DNA of 62,431 nucleotides, the filler included, from Hausera hauseri (lineage: Eukaryota): the NCBI GenBank assembly GCA_046269625.1. It is 11 parts of 11 records of this genome, joined end to end, with 100 filler letters (N's around TTAATTAATTAA, not from the genome) between each part and the next. Parts side by side here need not be neighbours in the genome. Positions count along the whole stretch, not along the records: positions 22,906 to 27,688 come from JBJURY010437249.1; positions 27,789 to 32,455 come from JBJURY010483131.1; positions 32,556 to 37,368 come from JBJURY010426474.1; 8 more parts are not named here. The stretch is one strand, 5' to 3'. The translations under genes were made by a program, and so were the position numbers. Every line of letters begins with the position of its first letter. The first letter of the stretch is position 1. Positions 22,906 to 35,500 of the stretch are shown piece by piece. Under the pieces are notes generated by a model. It made no database searches. It had not been told where the DNA came from and was given only the letters and a program-made list of their open reading frames with translations.

Positions 22906-23852
22906 TGTCCGCCCTGCTAGCCGCAGAGGAGTTCGGGTACCCCCAAATTGCGAAGTCATGGTATGGGGCCGGACAAGCAAGTGCAAGGGTGTTTCAGAAC
23001 GTGTGGTTTTGGTTGAAGCGTTGCCTGATGCTGAACCCTGGGGGGTGGCCAGAACCCTGTCCGTAATAAAAAGGGGAAGGCTTCCCATCAGGGTCTGTAA
23101 CCCCCACCCATATGAAGTAATTATAGGACATTACCAGAAACTGGGCCAGTTGTACCAGGCAGACGAATCTGATGTACAGGGGGACAATGACCTCAGCCTG
23201 ACGATGGGATCTGATGGTGTGGTGGAAGTTGGCGTGGTGGAAGCAGCTGGGCCTGAGGAGCCTGCAATCTCCAATGAGGAGGTGAGCCAACTAATTAACT
23301 GTAAAGACTTGACCCCACAACAGAAAGTGGAGCTGCATGCCCTGCTTCAAAGATGACAGAAGGTGTTTGCTGTGAATGAAGAGGATTATGGAAGGACTGA
23401 TGTGGTTCGACACCAAATTCACACAGGTGATACACCACCCATTAAACAAAGATATCGTCCATTACCACCATTGATGTATAAGGAGATTAAGACCCTCCTG
23501 GCAGACATGTTAAAAAAAGGCGTCATCCGGGAAAGTAGTAGTCCCTGGGCAGCTCCTATTGTGTTGGTGAAGAAGAAAGATGGCAGCTGGCGGTTTTGTG
23601 TGGATTATAGGAAGCTTAACACAGTAACTCATAAAGATGCTTTTCCACTCCCTCGAATTGAAGAGACCATTACATGCCTGACCAGAGCAGAGTGGTTCTC
23701 CACATTAGATCTTGCCAGTGGATATTGGCAGGTGGAGATGGATCCTAAGGATCGTGAGAAAACCGCTTTTACCACCCCATTAGGCTTATTTGAATTTGAG
23801 CGGATGCCTTTTGGGCTTTGTAACGCCCCTGCCACCTTCCAGCGCTTGATGA
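22906..23852 (+). mobile_element. Ty3/Gypsy pol fragment (post-protease linker and RT N-terminal half)
   Basis: SSSPWAAPIVLVKKKDGSWRFCVDYRKLN, FSTLDLASGYWQV, KTAFTTPLGLFEFERMPFGLCNAPATFQRLM; homology stops before YxDD. Confidence 0.95.
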
Positions 23853-24519
23853 ATGATCGGTTTATTGTCATTGTTCAGGTACAACAGAATTATACAAGTA
23901 CAACGAAATTACAGTTTGGAACATCCCATCCGAGAGAAGACAACAACACAACAAAACATGGGGGGACGGGAGTCCGGGTCTTGCAGCCCCTGAAGGCGCT
24001 ACCCTGGAAAAGAAAAACAGAAAAACGAAAAACCACACACAGGGTAGATCAGGAGAAAAAAAACAATAACATTGTGTTGTGTCCAGCGGGACACAACATG
24101 ATGCATAGGAAAAAAACCTGCAGAGCAAGATTTAATGCCGGGGAGGTGGGTGGGGGCACTGGGACGGGGGATTGGAACACACACAAGGGAACAGGTGACG
24201 GCGTTGAAAAAGGGGGGGTGCTCAGCCAGAAATCTGAGACAGCACCGCCCGGCCAGAGTCCCAGAGATAACGGTGTTAAATGTTCATCCAGTGAGTGACC
24301 TTGGCTCAGCTTCCAGACTCCAGATCACACCAGAGGGAGGGAGGGGGGCACTTCATTAACTTGGCAGAGGAAGTCGGGGTTATGGCACCTTCACGCTCTT
24401 GAGAGGAGAGCAGAGTTAAGCGGGTACTCAACCCCAGCTTGATCTTGGGTCAGCACTGCATGAACCCTGCAGCAGAGCTCCTGATGTTTCACCGGTCTGT
24501 TGCGACTCCTGAGATCTAG

Positions 24520-24740
24520 GAACATGGAACACTGGGATCATGCAGCTTTGGAATTATGGGAGTACGATAACACGGGGACACTGTAAATGTGAATCACGGG
24601 GTGCAGTAGAGCATGGGATCTTGAGTACATGGGATCTTTAGAACATTGGGCACTAGAACATGCCGTTCTGGGAAAATGGGCCAATAGGAACATGAGATAT
24701 TGGGAACATAGTATCCTGTGTCATGGGGTCCTAGAAAAGG
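24520..24740. repeat. Degenerate tandem repeat of about 15-16 bp (GAACATGGGATCTT-like)
   Basis: Recurring RRRCATGGG cores. Confidence 0.5.
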
Positions 24741-24749
24741 CACAACTAA

Positions 24750-25652
24750 ATAACCTCGGCGGCGCCAAGGCGAACGACGGCGGTAAAGTCAACGACGACC
24801 ACGAGTCAGGCTCGATTTCGGAGTCGGATACGGAGGAACCCAAGGAAGAGAGAGACTGTTCTGACGACATGGTCGAGCTCGTGGAAATGTTTCCCCCGTC
24901 CATGATTCCGTGGTTATTGATCACTCGCTCGAAGAATCCATTTGTGTTTTCGTACTTGGACAGTCTGGATGCGGAGCCTCCACCTCGTGCTGACAAAGGA
25001 GACGAGCAAAACGGAAGCACCCTGTTGACGGAGGATACGTACTGGACTTTGAAATCAGAACCAATTAACAAGACTGAGAGTGATGTCGGGGATGTTAAGA
25101 CTGTCGCTGTTAAAGAAGTCTTCGAGGCTCCCCCACCGTTATTCGTCCTGGTGGTCTGGACAGACCAATCGAACGAACGTTTGCCTCATCTAAGGAGGAA
25201 TGGTCAACGACCTGGTCGCGGCACGGCTCTGAGAAGGGGGCTGCCGCTAAGGCGCGCTGTGATATGTGGGACCCACTCACCTTCGGCAACGATGTTACCA
25301 ACAGAGTCTGTGAGTCGACAGATGGAACCTCCAAGCGCCGTCGGATGTTGTTACCGAATGAGAGAGTGGCTGGAGTGCTGCACGAATTGCACAACGGCTC
25401 CAGCGGGCCACTGAAAGATACGCCTGTGGCCTCCACTGAACTTGTCTCCCAGCATCAACTACGAATGGAGACAGTTCATGCCCTAGCCCGTAGAGACAGT
25501 AACTTGAACAGCGACCAACGAGCCAACGATGTAGTCGACGGGAAAAACAAAAGTCCACGTTCCAAGATGAAGGTCGTCCACGTTGATCGACTCCATCAGT
25601 ACCGAGGTCAAGCTGAATCTGTTCGGGACGAACAGATATAAGAAGGGGGCAG
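24750..25652 (+). mobile_element. Internally deleted Gypsy remnant (integrase Zn-binding region and C terminus) ending in a PPT
   Basis: LLPNERVAGVLHELHNGSSG, KSPRSKMKVVHVDRL, VRDEQI; PPT AAGAAGGGGGCAG directly before TG at 25653. Confidence 0.75.
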
Positions 25653-26361
25653 TGTTGTAAACAACGAAAATGTAAACACGTCGTAGTTACTAGACAGATC
25701 GAGGGAGGACGAGAGGCCAGTGAAGTGTGACTAGACACGCCTATCGGGCAGGGGAGATAACAACGGAAATGTAAACACTGCGTAATTACTGGACGGCAAG
25801 AGCAGCGAACCGTGACCGAGCTCGCGCAGCCAATAAACAACCTGTTCTCGAACTATCGTCGACTATTCTTAGAACACGCAATTACGCAGATACGACGATC
25901 GAAGAAGACCTGGAGCAATCTGGTCACGCCCCTCGATCGTTCCCGAATTCGAAGCACACGTTCCCGAACCTTTCTAGCCCTATATAAAGGAGTCGCAAGT
26001 CGGACAGTGGGTCAGTCGAAAAGTCAGTGACAATCGAGTCGAAGAAGGACTGTTGTTAAAGAACTGTTGCTGTTGTCAGTCAGTCAGAAAGTCAGAGAGA
26101 CAGACCTGTGAAGAAGAAGTAGTACCGGTCGACAACTGAAGAAGTGAAGTTACAGTCAAGAGTGTGTCGATGTTGTCAAGTCGTTACGCTGTTAACCCGC
26201 TATTGTACATGTGTTGAACGCTCAAGTGTAGAGCGGAACTGTTGATTATTTCAAGTCATTAAAGTTTCTCGTTATCTTTGAACCGGACTTGTCAAGTTCT
26301 TTACTGTTGGTTGTAGCAGTCTGAGTCCATAAGCCAAACAAATTCCAAAGTCATTACAATA
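25653..26361 (+). repeat. 3' LTR of the Gypsy remnant
   Basis: Starts TGTTGT right after the PPT and ends ACAATA; TATATAAA at 25981 and ATTAAA near 26258. Confidence 0.65.
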
Positions 26362-27829
26362 TATACCAGCTATTTTGCCCGGGCTTTCGCACCGGTAATA
26401 CTCGATTAGCGTAAGACTTATTACAGAAAAATATCACTGGGTTATTTAGACAAATAAAATAATATTTGTATTGGCCATTATAGATGGTTTGAAAAAGAGG
26501 GAACATTCCATCGGAATCCCCTCCATCACACTGCCACAGGCCAAAGCCATTCAAAGCCTTTCCCTGTTTGCTTCGACTATACTATTCTTTACTTTAGCAA
26601 CGAATATAATGCATTTTGGGTAGTGAACTTTTGTACTTTAGTAATGAAAGTTTCTGTTTGCTTGGTGCACAATCTTCAATATTATTTCTCTAGAATGTTG
26701 TGATAATGTGCGTCCATATACCTCTGGTTAAATTGAGAGCTATGGCCCACAACCTTAAAATGCTGGCGGGCGCATAGCGAAATCTCAAATAGCTCTCGAC
26801 ACACACTTTTAAAGCTTTAGTAACTCGCGAGTCGCGCTGATTAAGCACTTTTTATATGAAACTTAAAAAATGTTTAGTAAAATTAACAAATAAGGTTTTC
26901 GGCTATGGCTCTGCGAGCCACATTAGAGGGCTTCGCGAGACGCGGGTTGTTGACCACCTACTTTAGAACATAGACTGATTTATTCGAAGCTCGCCATAAA
27001 TATTTGATTTTAATAACACAACGGTCGTTAACCGCGGTTTCTCAATGTGGGGTTATCGGGTACGAAACATGCTGTCGGTCATTCCAGTAACTATTGTAGA
27101 GTTATGCTTGTGCATATTGTGTATATTGGGGTTTTGAAAAAAAGACACCACAGCAAGTTTCAAGCTGGTATAGGATCAAGAGCTGAATATCTAAATCTCG
27201 AAGATCTTTCTCTAAAAAAAAGTTCATTAACCTTAATGAGTGTATAACGCAGCTTACATCTGTTTTAGGCCCACATCACTATCTCAGTAACAGTTTTGTG
27301 GGATGTGTTTATGTTTATCCCCCATCTCGGGCCTTTATTCCCCGCGGATCCCGTGGAACTGGGTATATGTGGAGTTCTCGACACTGCGATCGCTTGTGAT
27401 TCAAGTTAATCAAAAGTTTGGCAGTTTCCGCGTCGGCTCTCATACCCTTAAATATCTCCCTCCGAGTTACCTCTTAGTCTTAGTCCAACCCGCGCCTAGC
27501 GGCGCATTGGGCGGCTGACTCTATCTTTCCCTGTTTTCTCCTGTCTTCTTACTCTCATTGCAGGACATACCAATGAACGCTAGATCTTTTAAATGGGTAC
27601 TTTCTAAAGTTTTACTTAGGTCTTTAAAAAAAAGATCTTTTTTTTTTGCTTTAAAGCGAGATCAAATAAAAGAAAAAAAAACTCATTTNNNNNNNNNNNN
27701 NNNNNNNNNNNNNNNNNNNNNNNNNNNNNNNNTTAATTAATTAANNNNNNNNNNNNNNNNNNNNNNNNNNNNNNNNNNNNNNNNNNNNGATATTGGTCTA
27801 GTCACTATCGACGATGTTTTCTTTTCTTT

Positions 27830-30800
27830 ATTTGTATAGTCTGATTTTGTTTTGTTCGAACGCAAATTGTAACGCTTGCTTGGCCTTATTTCCGTTTTAA
27901 CTACTCTTTGAATCGATATGATCTCTTCCTTGACACTTTTATTTATATAAACTGTGGTTGGTGTAACCTTAGTAACTTCATAAGGTTCTCTACTTGTCCT
28001 TGTAAGCTTAAGAGACGTACCTTTCTTTGCTACCGAATAGCGTACGTAAACTCAGTTTCCGGGTTCTAGATAGTGTGGTTTAGCCTTCTTATCATACTGC
28101 TTTTTAAATTGTTCTTGGTATTCTTTAGATAATTCCTTGGCTATTTCCGAACATTTGTGCAATCTCGATTGTAATACTTCGACAAAATTTTGCTCTAAGT
28201 CTTCCTTCCTTGTGGTGTAGGGAATCAGTCCTAAATCTGTAGGGAGCACAGCTTCTCTTTCATACGTCATAAGAAATGGAGTGAATCCTGTCGCCGGATG
28301 TGGAGTAGTATTAATAGCAAACTGTGTACCTTCTAAAAACTCATCCCAATCTTTCTGGTCCTTTGCGACTTCTGTCGATAAAATTCGTATAACGGTCGCG
28401 TTCTTCCTTTCGACTATTCCGTTACATTAGGGATGATAAGCCGTGGTAATTAGTCGTTCAATTTCGAAAATCTTGGTCATTTTGTCAAATAATTCGCTCG
28501 TAAAGTTTCTTTCTCGGTCTGTCAAAATTTGTTCGGGTGGCCCGTATCTGCAAAGGATCTTCCGTACTACTACTTCTGCTAAGGTCTCGACCTTTTGGTT
28601 TACTAACGCTATAAGCTCGACGAAATGAGTCAATCGATCTACACAGGTCAAAATGTATTTATTGCTCTTGTTGGTCGTAGGTAATATCCCTACAATATCC
28701 ATAGATATTGCTTGCATTGGTTTATCGGGCACGTCGATAAGTTTAAGCTCGGCGACGTAGTTTTTTACTTTCCTTTGTTTGGTTGCGCATACTTTGCAAG
28801 CGTTCACCCAATTTCTTACGTCGATATAAATGCTCGGCCAATAGTACTAATTTACTATCCTTTCTAATGTCTTTTTCCAGGACATGTGTCCGGCTAAGTA
28901 TGAATCGTGTTCGGCCATGAGCACTTCCGTACGCAATCCTTTTGGTATGACTACCAATTTTTGTCCTTTTCGTCCGTAGTATAACACGTTTTCGTGGTTC
29001 AAATCTCCAACGACGCAGTATTTGTGACCATATCGTCGTAGGTGTTTCCGTAACTGATGACCCTTGAGTGTTACGTTGGTGTCCACGAACTCGATAATCT
29101 GTTGTATAACCTTATCTTTTCTCTGTTCAACAGCAATCTTCAATGCCTTATCCAGAGTGAGAGTTCGTTGTCTCCCTATCAAGTCCTCAAGGTGTGCTTT
29201 TCTCATTACTGTAACTGCGTTTATTTTAATTTAAGTCTCGATAATGCGTCGGCATCGACATGTTTACTTCCGGGTTTGTATTGAAATTCAATATTGTAAC
29301 GTGAGATTTCCTTAATCCATCTGTTAAGTCTACAGGTTGGATTATTTGCCATACACTTTAAGGTCGTGACTGCCTTATGGTCAGTAACGATTATAATCTT
29401 TTGTCCATAGACGTACACGTTAAAATTTCGCAGTGCTTCTTTTACCGCTTGTGTTTCCAACTCTGTTACGGAATAGTTCTTCTCAGCTTTCTTTAGTGAA
29501 CGTCCTCCATATGCAATCGGGTGCTTTAGCTCTTCATCTTCCCGTTTCTGAGCTAATTCATATCCGATACCTTCCTTACTGGAATCCGTTTTGATTATGA
29601 ATGGTAGGTTGAAGTCAGGATATCTTAAAACGGGTTCACTATTAAGAATTTTTTTCATTTCGTCAAAATCTTTTTGTTCGACATCGGTCCATTTCCATTT
29701 GGTCCCCTTTTTAAGTAAACGATACAGAGGTGCGTTTATCTTTGCATTGTCTGGCACGTAAGTAGCGTAATACCCACATAGCTCAAACCAGTGTCTCAAT
29801 TCCTTCTGATTCTGCGATTCTATGCAATCCGATATCTTACTTAATAATGATTTATCCGGTTTTGATCCTCCTTCTCATACTATATGTCCGACGTACGATA
29901 CAGCATTCTGAGCCCATTTGCACTTCTTTGGATTCAGTTTCAGTCCAGCCTGCTCTAGTCTCATAAGTGTACCTTCAATGCCTTTTAAATGATCCTCTTC
30001 CGTTTTTGACGCAATCATAACGTCGGCCAAATAGGCAAATGCGTGCTGCAGTCCCATTAGCATTTTTTTCATCATACGGGTAAAGATGGCTGGTCCGGTA
30101 GTGATTCAAAAAGGCATAACATTAAATTCATATATACCGTCGTGTGTCTTAAATGATGTTTTGTAACGATCTTCCTCATCTATCTCTACTTGCCAATATC
30201 CAGATTGTAGATCGAGCGTGGTAAACAATTTAACTCCCGAAAGTCTATCCAAAGCTCCCTTTACCGATGGCAATGGGAAGGAGTCCTTCATCATAAGTGA
30301 GTTTAGCGCTCCATAGTCGATACAGAATCGGTGCTTATCAGTACCTTTCTTCTTAATCATGAGTATAGGTGAGTACTAAGATTAATAGCTTGGTCTAATT
30401 ATGTCGGCCTTTAACATTCGTTCAACTTCCTTGGTTATCTCTGGCCTTAGCGAGTGTGGAGGGGGATACCATTTCGGCATCTTTTGATCCTCCAAATCTA
30501 TTTCGTCGTTTGATCCAGGCTTTTTCTTAAGTGGAATCGTGAGCCTTAATTCTCTGGCTCGACCAATGTCTTCTTCGTCTCTTGCGATAATTGAGCTGTA
30601 GCGGCAAAGTAATTCGTAAAATCGACAATATGATTCCGGTAAAAATTTAATCTCAACATGGGGTGGAAATTCGGCACCCTTATACGGTTTCTCTTCGATG
30701 GTAATTGATGATACTCTATATGTGTGTCCTAGAGTGGTACTGGCGTACAGTTTGGTTGGAGTGGGCGCATTATTCGCTATTCTGATTGGCACGCGGCTTG

Positions 30801-31797
30801 TTGATACTCTTGTCAAAACATTGCTGAGCACGAGGTTTGGATCAAGCGATTCCTTTGGTTCAAAAGATATTGGCTGATCGTCATCCTGACGTATCGGAGC
30901 ATATATTAGAATTTCTGTTCTGGGCGGTATGGTTTCATCTACTGGAATCCACACTTCTCCAAATTTTCTGTCTTTAGTGGTTTTAACTCCTTTTATTGGG
31001 CCAAGTTCTATCAACTTGTGTGCATTGAAATTAATTGCTATATTATGTAGTTGTCTCAGTAAGTCACATCCTAATACCACATCATCTGTTAGTTGCTCTA
31101 TTACTGAAAATTCATGGTGAAAGGATTGTCCCATTACGTGAATCTCTGGTTTCCAGCGGAATTTACTTTTCTACGACTGTCCGAAGGCTCCAATGCTTCC
31201 TGGGTCTGTCGTGGGAGGTGGATATAGTTGTTTCCGTAGTAACTGTGGGATCGAATCATATTTTATCAGTGATATTTTAAATCCTGTATCTATTAGCGCG
31301 TAAATTTCCCAATCTTCCAGTTGAATTTTTGCGAATGGCCTACCTTCGATTACTGTACCGTAATAACTTGGTGCTATTTTGGGTTGTCGTATCGTAGACA
31401 CTTTGTAGCCGTTGATGGTGACTTCAGTGGTTCCAACTGGCTGCTCGATTAACTGTCTTAACTCTCCGATTGGGTATAGTTCGTTAGTCGTACCATTCGT
31501 GTTTTCTATTCTTGGGTTCCTAAACGGCGGCTGAACATCTTGGTTTTGGAGATTTCGTGCCTCACAGCTTCGAGTAAATATTAATTGCGTTTCGTTTGGC
31601 TTAGGTATTCTAGGTGAGTAAATTATACCGTGGTCGTCGACTGCTGATTGATGGCGTGGAGCCGAGGTTCTCTCTGTTTCGTGGATCTTGAGCAATATCC
31701 CATAGCGTTTTTTTCCTTTATAAGGATCCTCTAAACTAAACGGCTTTCGATAGATGTCTGTCTGACATGAGCTCAGATTGTTTCTCGCAATTTTCAT
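27830..31797 (-). mobile_element. Ty3/Gypsy pol (PR-RT-RNaseH-IN), degenerate
   Basis: ALIDTG; RFCIDY; TLDLQSGYWQV; YLADVM (YxDD mutated); IKTDSSKEGIG; NYSVTELE; VTDHKA; HVDADALSR; EHD..GH..C..C; ISMDIVG; LTDRERNFTS; TTAYHP. Confidence 0.95.
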
Positions 31798-32455
31798 ATA
31801 TAGGTGCTGTTGGCGGCAATATTGGTAGTAATAGTTTCATAACAGAGTAATTTTTGTGCCTGCTTGGCCTGGAGATGACGTCTCCTCCCTTAGGCTTGTC
31901 ATCATCAGACTTGTTTCTTCGTATCTTACTATCTATGAATTTTTGTTTATAATCAAATATGTGTCTTTTACGTTTTCGATTATGGTAGCCCGCATGTCGT
32001 GCCACATCTGTTTTCCATTTACTTTCTTCATAGGCCTTTAAGAATTTACCAAAGGGTGTAATAATAGCCGTTAAAATTTTGCACGAAAATCCTGTCAATG
32101 TGAATATCTCGTATCCATTTATAATTGCTTGAATTATAGCTTTTACCACTTGAACTAAGAAGTATATCGCTAGAAATCCTGACACGGCTTGTCCGAGTAT
32201 CAGAAATCTTCCCCATATTTTGTATAATATTTCTGTAGTTACCTTCTTGTAATAGCCAACACCAAGTAATAACTTCCATTTCGCTTGGTAGCGCGAGTCC
32301 TCTAGTATTGTGTGCATCGCTCTGTTTAATTCATGTGAACGTTGACGGGGAAAAGCGAGAAATTGTCTAAACGCCTCAACTTCTTTTGGTCGGTAAATAC
32401 CTTTTGCGGCTGTATCTTGAAATTTATCATCGGTTATTCCTTTTATCAGGTTTGT
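31736..32455 (-). CDS. Envelope glycoprotein C-terminal part (chuvirus G / herpes gB-like class III fusogen), open from the contig end
   Basis: TNLIKGITDDKFQDTAAKGIYRPKEVEAFRQFLAFPRQR, then IWGRFLILGQAVSGFLAIYFLVQVVKAIIQAIINGYEIFTLTGFSCKILTAI (membrane-proximal and TM pattern of chuvirus-like G) and a basic cytoplasmic tail. Confidence 0.75.
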   Translation of the reverse strand, partial: TNLIKGITDDKFQDTAAKGIYRPKEVEAFRQFLAFPRQRSHELNRAMHTILEDSRYQAKWKLLLGVGYYKKVTTEILYKIWGRFLILGQAVSGFLAIYFLVQVVKAIIQAIINGYEIFTLTGFSCKILTAIITPFGKFLKAYEESKWKTDVARHAGYHNRKRKRHIFDYKQKFIDSKIRRNKSDDDKPKGGDVISRPSRHKNYSVMKLLLPILPPTAPIYENCEKQSELMSDRHLSKAV

Positions 32456-32555
32456 NNNNNNNNNNNNNNNNNNNNNNNNNNNNNNNNNNNNNNNNNNNNT
32501 TAATTAATTAANNNNNNNNNNNNNNNNNNNNNNNNNNNNNNNNNNNNNNNNNNNN

Positions 32556-35500
32556 ACTCTGTCCAGGGAAAAGGTCTTATCATGCAGTTAGTCGTCATTT
32601 ACTCTGTCCAGCTTAAAGGTCTTTTCGTGCAGGAGTTCTTCATTGGCTCTCCCTACTGGAAAGTCTTGTTTTGCAGGAAGAATACATTGACTGTGTCCAG
32701 CTGGAAGGTCTTGTTGTGCAGGAAATTGTCATTGACTCTTTCCAGTTGCATTTTCTTGTTGTACAGTAAATCGTGATGGACTCTGTCCAGCTGAAGGTCT
32801 TGTCGTGCAGGAAGTTGTCATATACTCTGTCCAGCTGCAAGGTATTGTCGTGCAGAAAGTCGCCATTGGCTCTGTCAATCTGGAAAGGCTTGTCGGGCAG
32901 GAATTCTTCATTGGCTCTGTCCTACTGTCTTGTCCTACTGTCCTTTGTCCTACTGTCCTCTGTTTTGCATTGCAGGAAGAATTCATTGACTGTGTCCGGC
33001 TGGAAGGTCGTATCGTGCATGAAGTCTTCATTGAAACTGTCCACCTGGCTGGAAGGTCTTGACGTGCCGTAAGTCGTCATTGACGTGCAGGAAGAAGTCA
33101 TTGATTCTGTCCAGACTGAAGGCCTAATTGTGCGGTTAGAAGTTACTGACTCAGTCCAGCTGGAATGTCTTGTCGGGCATGAATTCGTTAGTGACTCTGT
33201 ATAGCTGGAAGGTCTTGTCTTGTAGGAATTCGCCCTTGACTCTGCCCAGCTTAAAGGCCTTGCCTTGCAGAAAGAAGTCATTGCCTCTGTCAAGTTGGAA
33301 GGTTTTGTACTGCCGGAAGTCCCCATTGACTCTGTCCAGCTGGCAGGTCTTGCGCAGGAAGTCGTCATTGACTCTGTCCAACTGGAATGTATAGCCGTGC
33401 AGGAAATCGTCATTGAATCTGTTCAGCTAGAAGGTCTTGTCTTGGAGGAAGAAGTCATTGACTCTGTCCAGATGGAAGGCCTTATTGTGCAGTTAAAAGA
33501 GATTGACTCTGTCCAGCTGGAACGTCTTGTCGTGCATGAATTCGTTAGTGACTGTACAGCTGTAAGGTCTTGTCTTGTAGGAATTCGCAGTTGACTCTGT
33601 CTAGCTTAAATTTCTTCTCTTGCGGGAAGAAGTCATTACCTCTGTCAAGCTAGAAAGTCTTGTCGGGCAGGAAATTGTCATTGACTCCTTTCATTATTTT
33701 TTGTTGTACAGGACATCGTGATTGACTATGTTTAGCCGGAAAGTTTTGTCGGGCAGGAATTATTCATAGGCTCAGTCCTACTGTCTTGTCCTACTGTCCT
33801 CTGTCCTACTGTAATCTGTCTTGTCTTGCAGGATAATACCTTGACGATAAGGCCTTGTCGTGAAGGAAGTTTTCATTGACTCTGTCCAGCTGGAAAGTCT
33901 TTTCGGGCAGGAATTCTTCATTGGCTCTGTCCTAATGGAGATTATTGTCTTGCAGGAAGAAGACATTGACTCTACCCAGATGGAACGCCTAATTGTGCAG
34001 TTAAAAAAGATTGACTCTGTCCAGCTGGAAGGTCTTGTCGTGCAAGAATTCATTAGTGACTGTACAGATGTAAGGTCTTGTCTTGTAGGAATTCACCATT
34101 GACTCTGTCCAGCTTAAACGTCTTGTCTTCCATCAAGAAGTCACCGCTTCTGTCAAGCTGGAAAGTCTTGTCGCGCAGGAAGTCACAGTCGTCATTGACT
34201 CTGACCATCTAGATGGAATGTCTTGTCGGGCCAGAAGTACTCACTGACTCTGTCCAGCTGGAAGGTCTTGTCTGGGAAGTCGTCATTGACTCTGTCCAGA
34301 TGGAAGGTCTTGTCGGGCAGGAAATTGTTATTGACTATTTCCAGTTGCATTTTCTTTTTGTACAGGAAATCGTGATTGACTCTGTCCAGCTAGAAGGTCT
34401 TGTCGTGCACGGAGTCGTCATTTACGCTATCCTGATGTAAGGTCTTGTCGTGCAGAAAGTCGTCGTTGACTCTATTCAGCTTGAGGTCTTGTCTTTCAGG
34501 AATTCATCATTGACTCTGTCCAGCTGGAAGGTCTTGGCTTGCAGGAAATCGTCATTGCCTTTGTCCAACTGGAAGGTCCTGCCGTGCAGGAAATGTTATT
34601 GACTCTGTCCAGGTGGAAAGTATTGTCGGGCAGGAAGTCGACATTAACTCTTTCCAGCTGAAAGCTCTTCTCCTGTATAAAGAAGTCATTGCCTCTATCA
34701 CGCTGGAAGGTCTTGACGTACTGGAAGTCGTTATTGACTCAGTCCAGCCGGAAGGTCTTGTCGTGCAGGAAGTCGTCATTGACTCTTTCCAGCTGGAAAG
34801 TTTTGTCGGGCAGGAATTCTTCATTGGCTCTGTCATACTGGAATGTCTTGTCGTGCAAAAAGAATTCATTCACTCTGTACAGATGGAAGGCGTTATTGTG
34901 CAGTTAAAAGAGATTGACTCTGTCTAGCTGGAAGGATCTTTCGTGCAGGAATTCATTACTGAGTCTCTTCAGCTGGAAGATCTTTTCGGGCATGAATTCC
35001 TTAGTGACTGTACAGCTGTAAGGTCTTGTCTTGCAGGAAGGCGTCGTTGACTCTGTCTACGTGGAAGGTATGGCCGTGCAGCTATTCGTCATTGACTCTG
35101 TTTTGTCTTGCAGGAAGAATTCATTGTGTGTCCAGCTGGAAGGTTTTGTCGTGCAGAAAGTCGTCATTGACACTGTCCACCTGGCTGGAAGATCTTGAAG
35201 AGCCGGAAATCCTCATTGACTCTGTATAGGTTGGAATGTCTTGTACCGAAAGTCGTCATTGACTCTGTCAAGCTGGAAGGTCTTGATGGGCATGAAATTG
35301 TCATAGAATATTTCCAGTTGCATTTTCTTGTTGTACTGGAAATCGTGATTGACTCTGTCCAAGTGGAAAGTATTTTCGGGCAGGAAGTCGTCATTGGCTC
35401 TGTCATACTGGAATGTCTTGTCGTGCAAAAAGAAGTCATTCACTCTGTCCAGATGGAAGGCGTTATAGTGCAGTTAAAAGAGATTGACTCTGTCCAGTTG

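Noticed and set aside
23363-24298. 311-aa ORF as an RT with a novel C-terminal domain
   Set aside because: RT similarity stops at FQRLM (about 23852), before YxDD. The rest is read-through into unrelated sequence that resembles an antisense LINE 3' end.
24629-25414. 261-aa ORF as a functional gene
   Set aside because: It spans a tandem repeat and scrambled Gypsy remnants, with no coherent domain.
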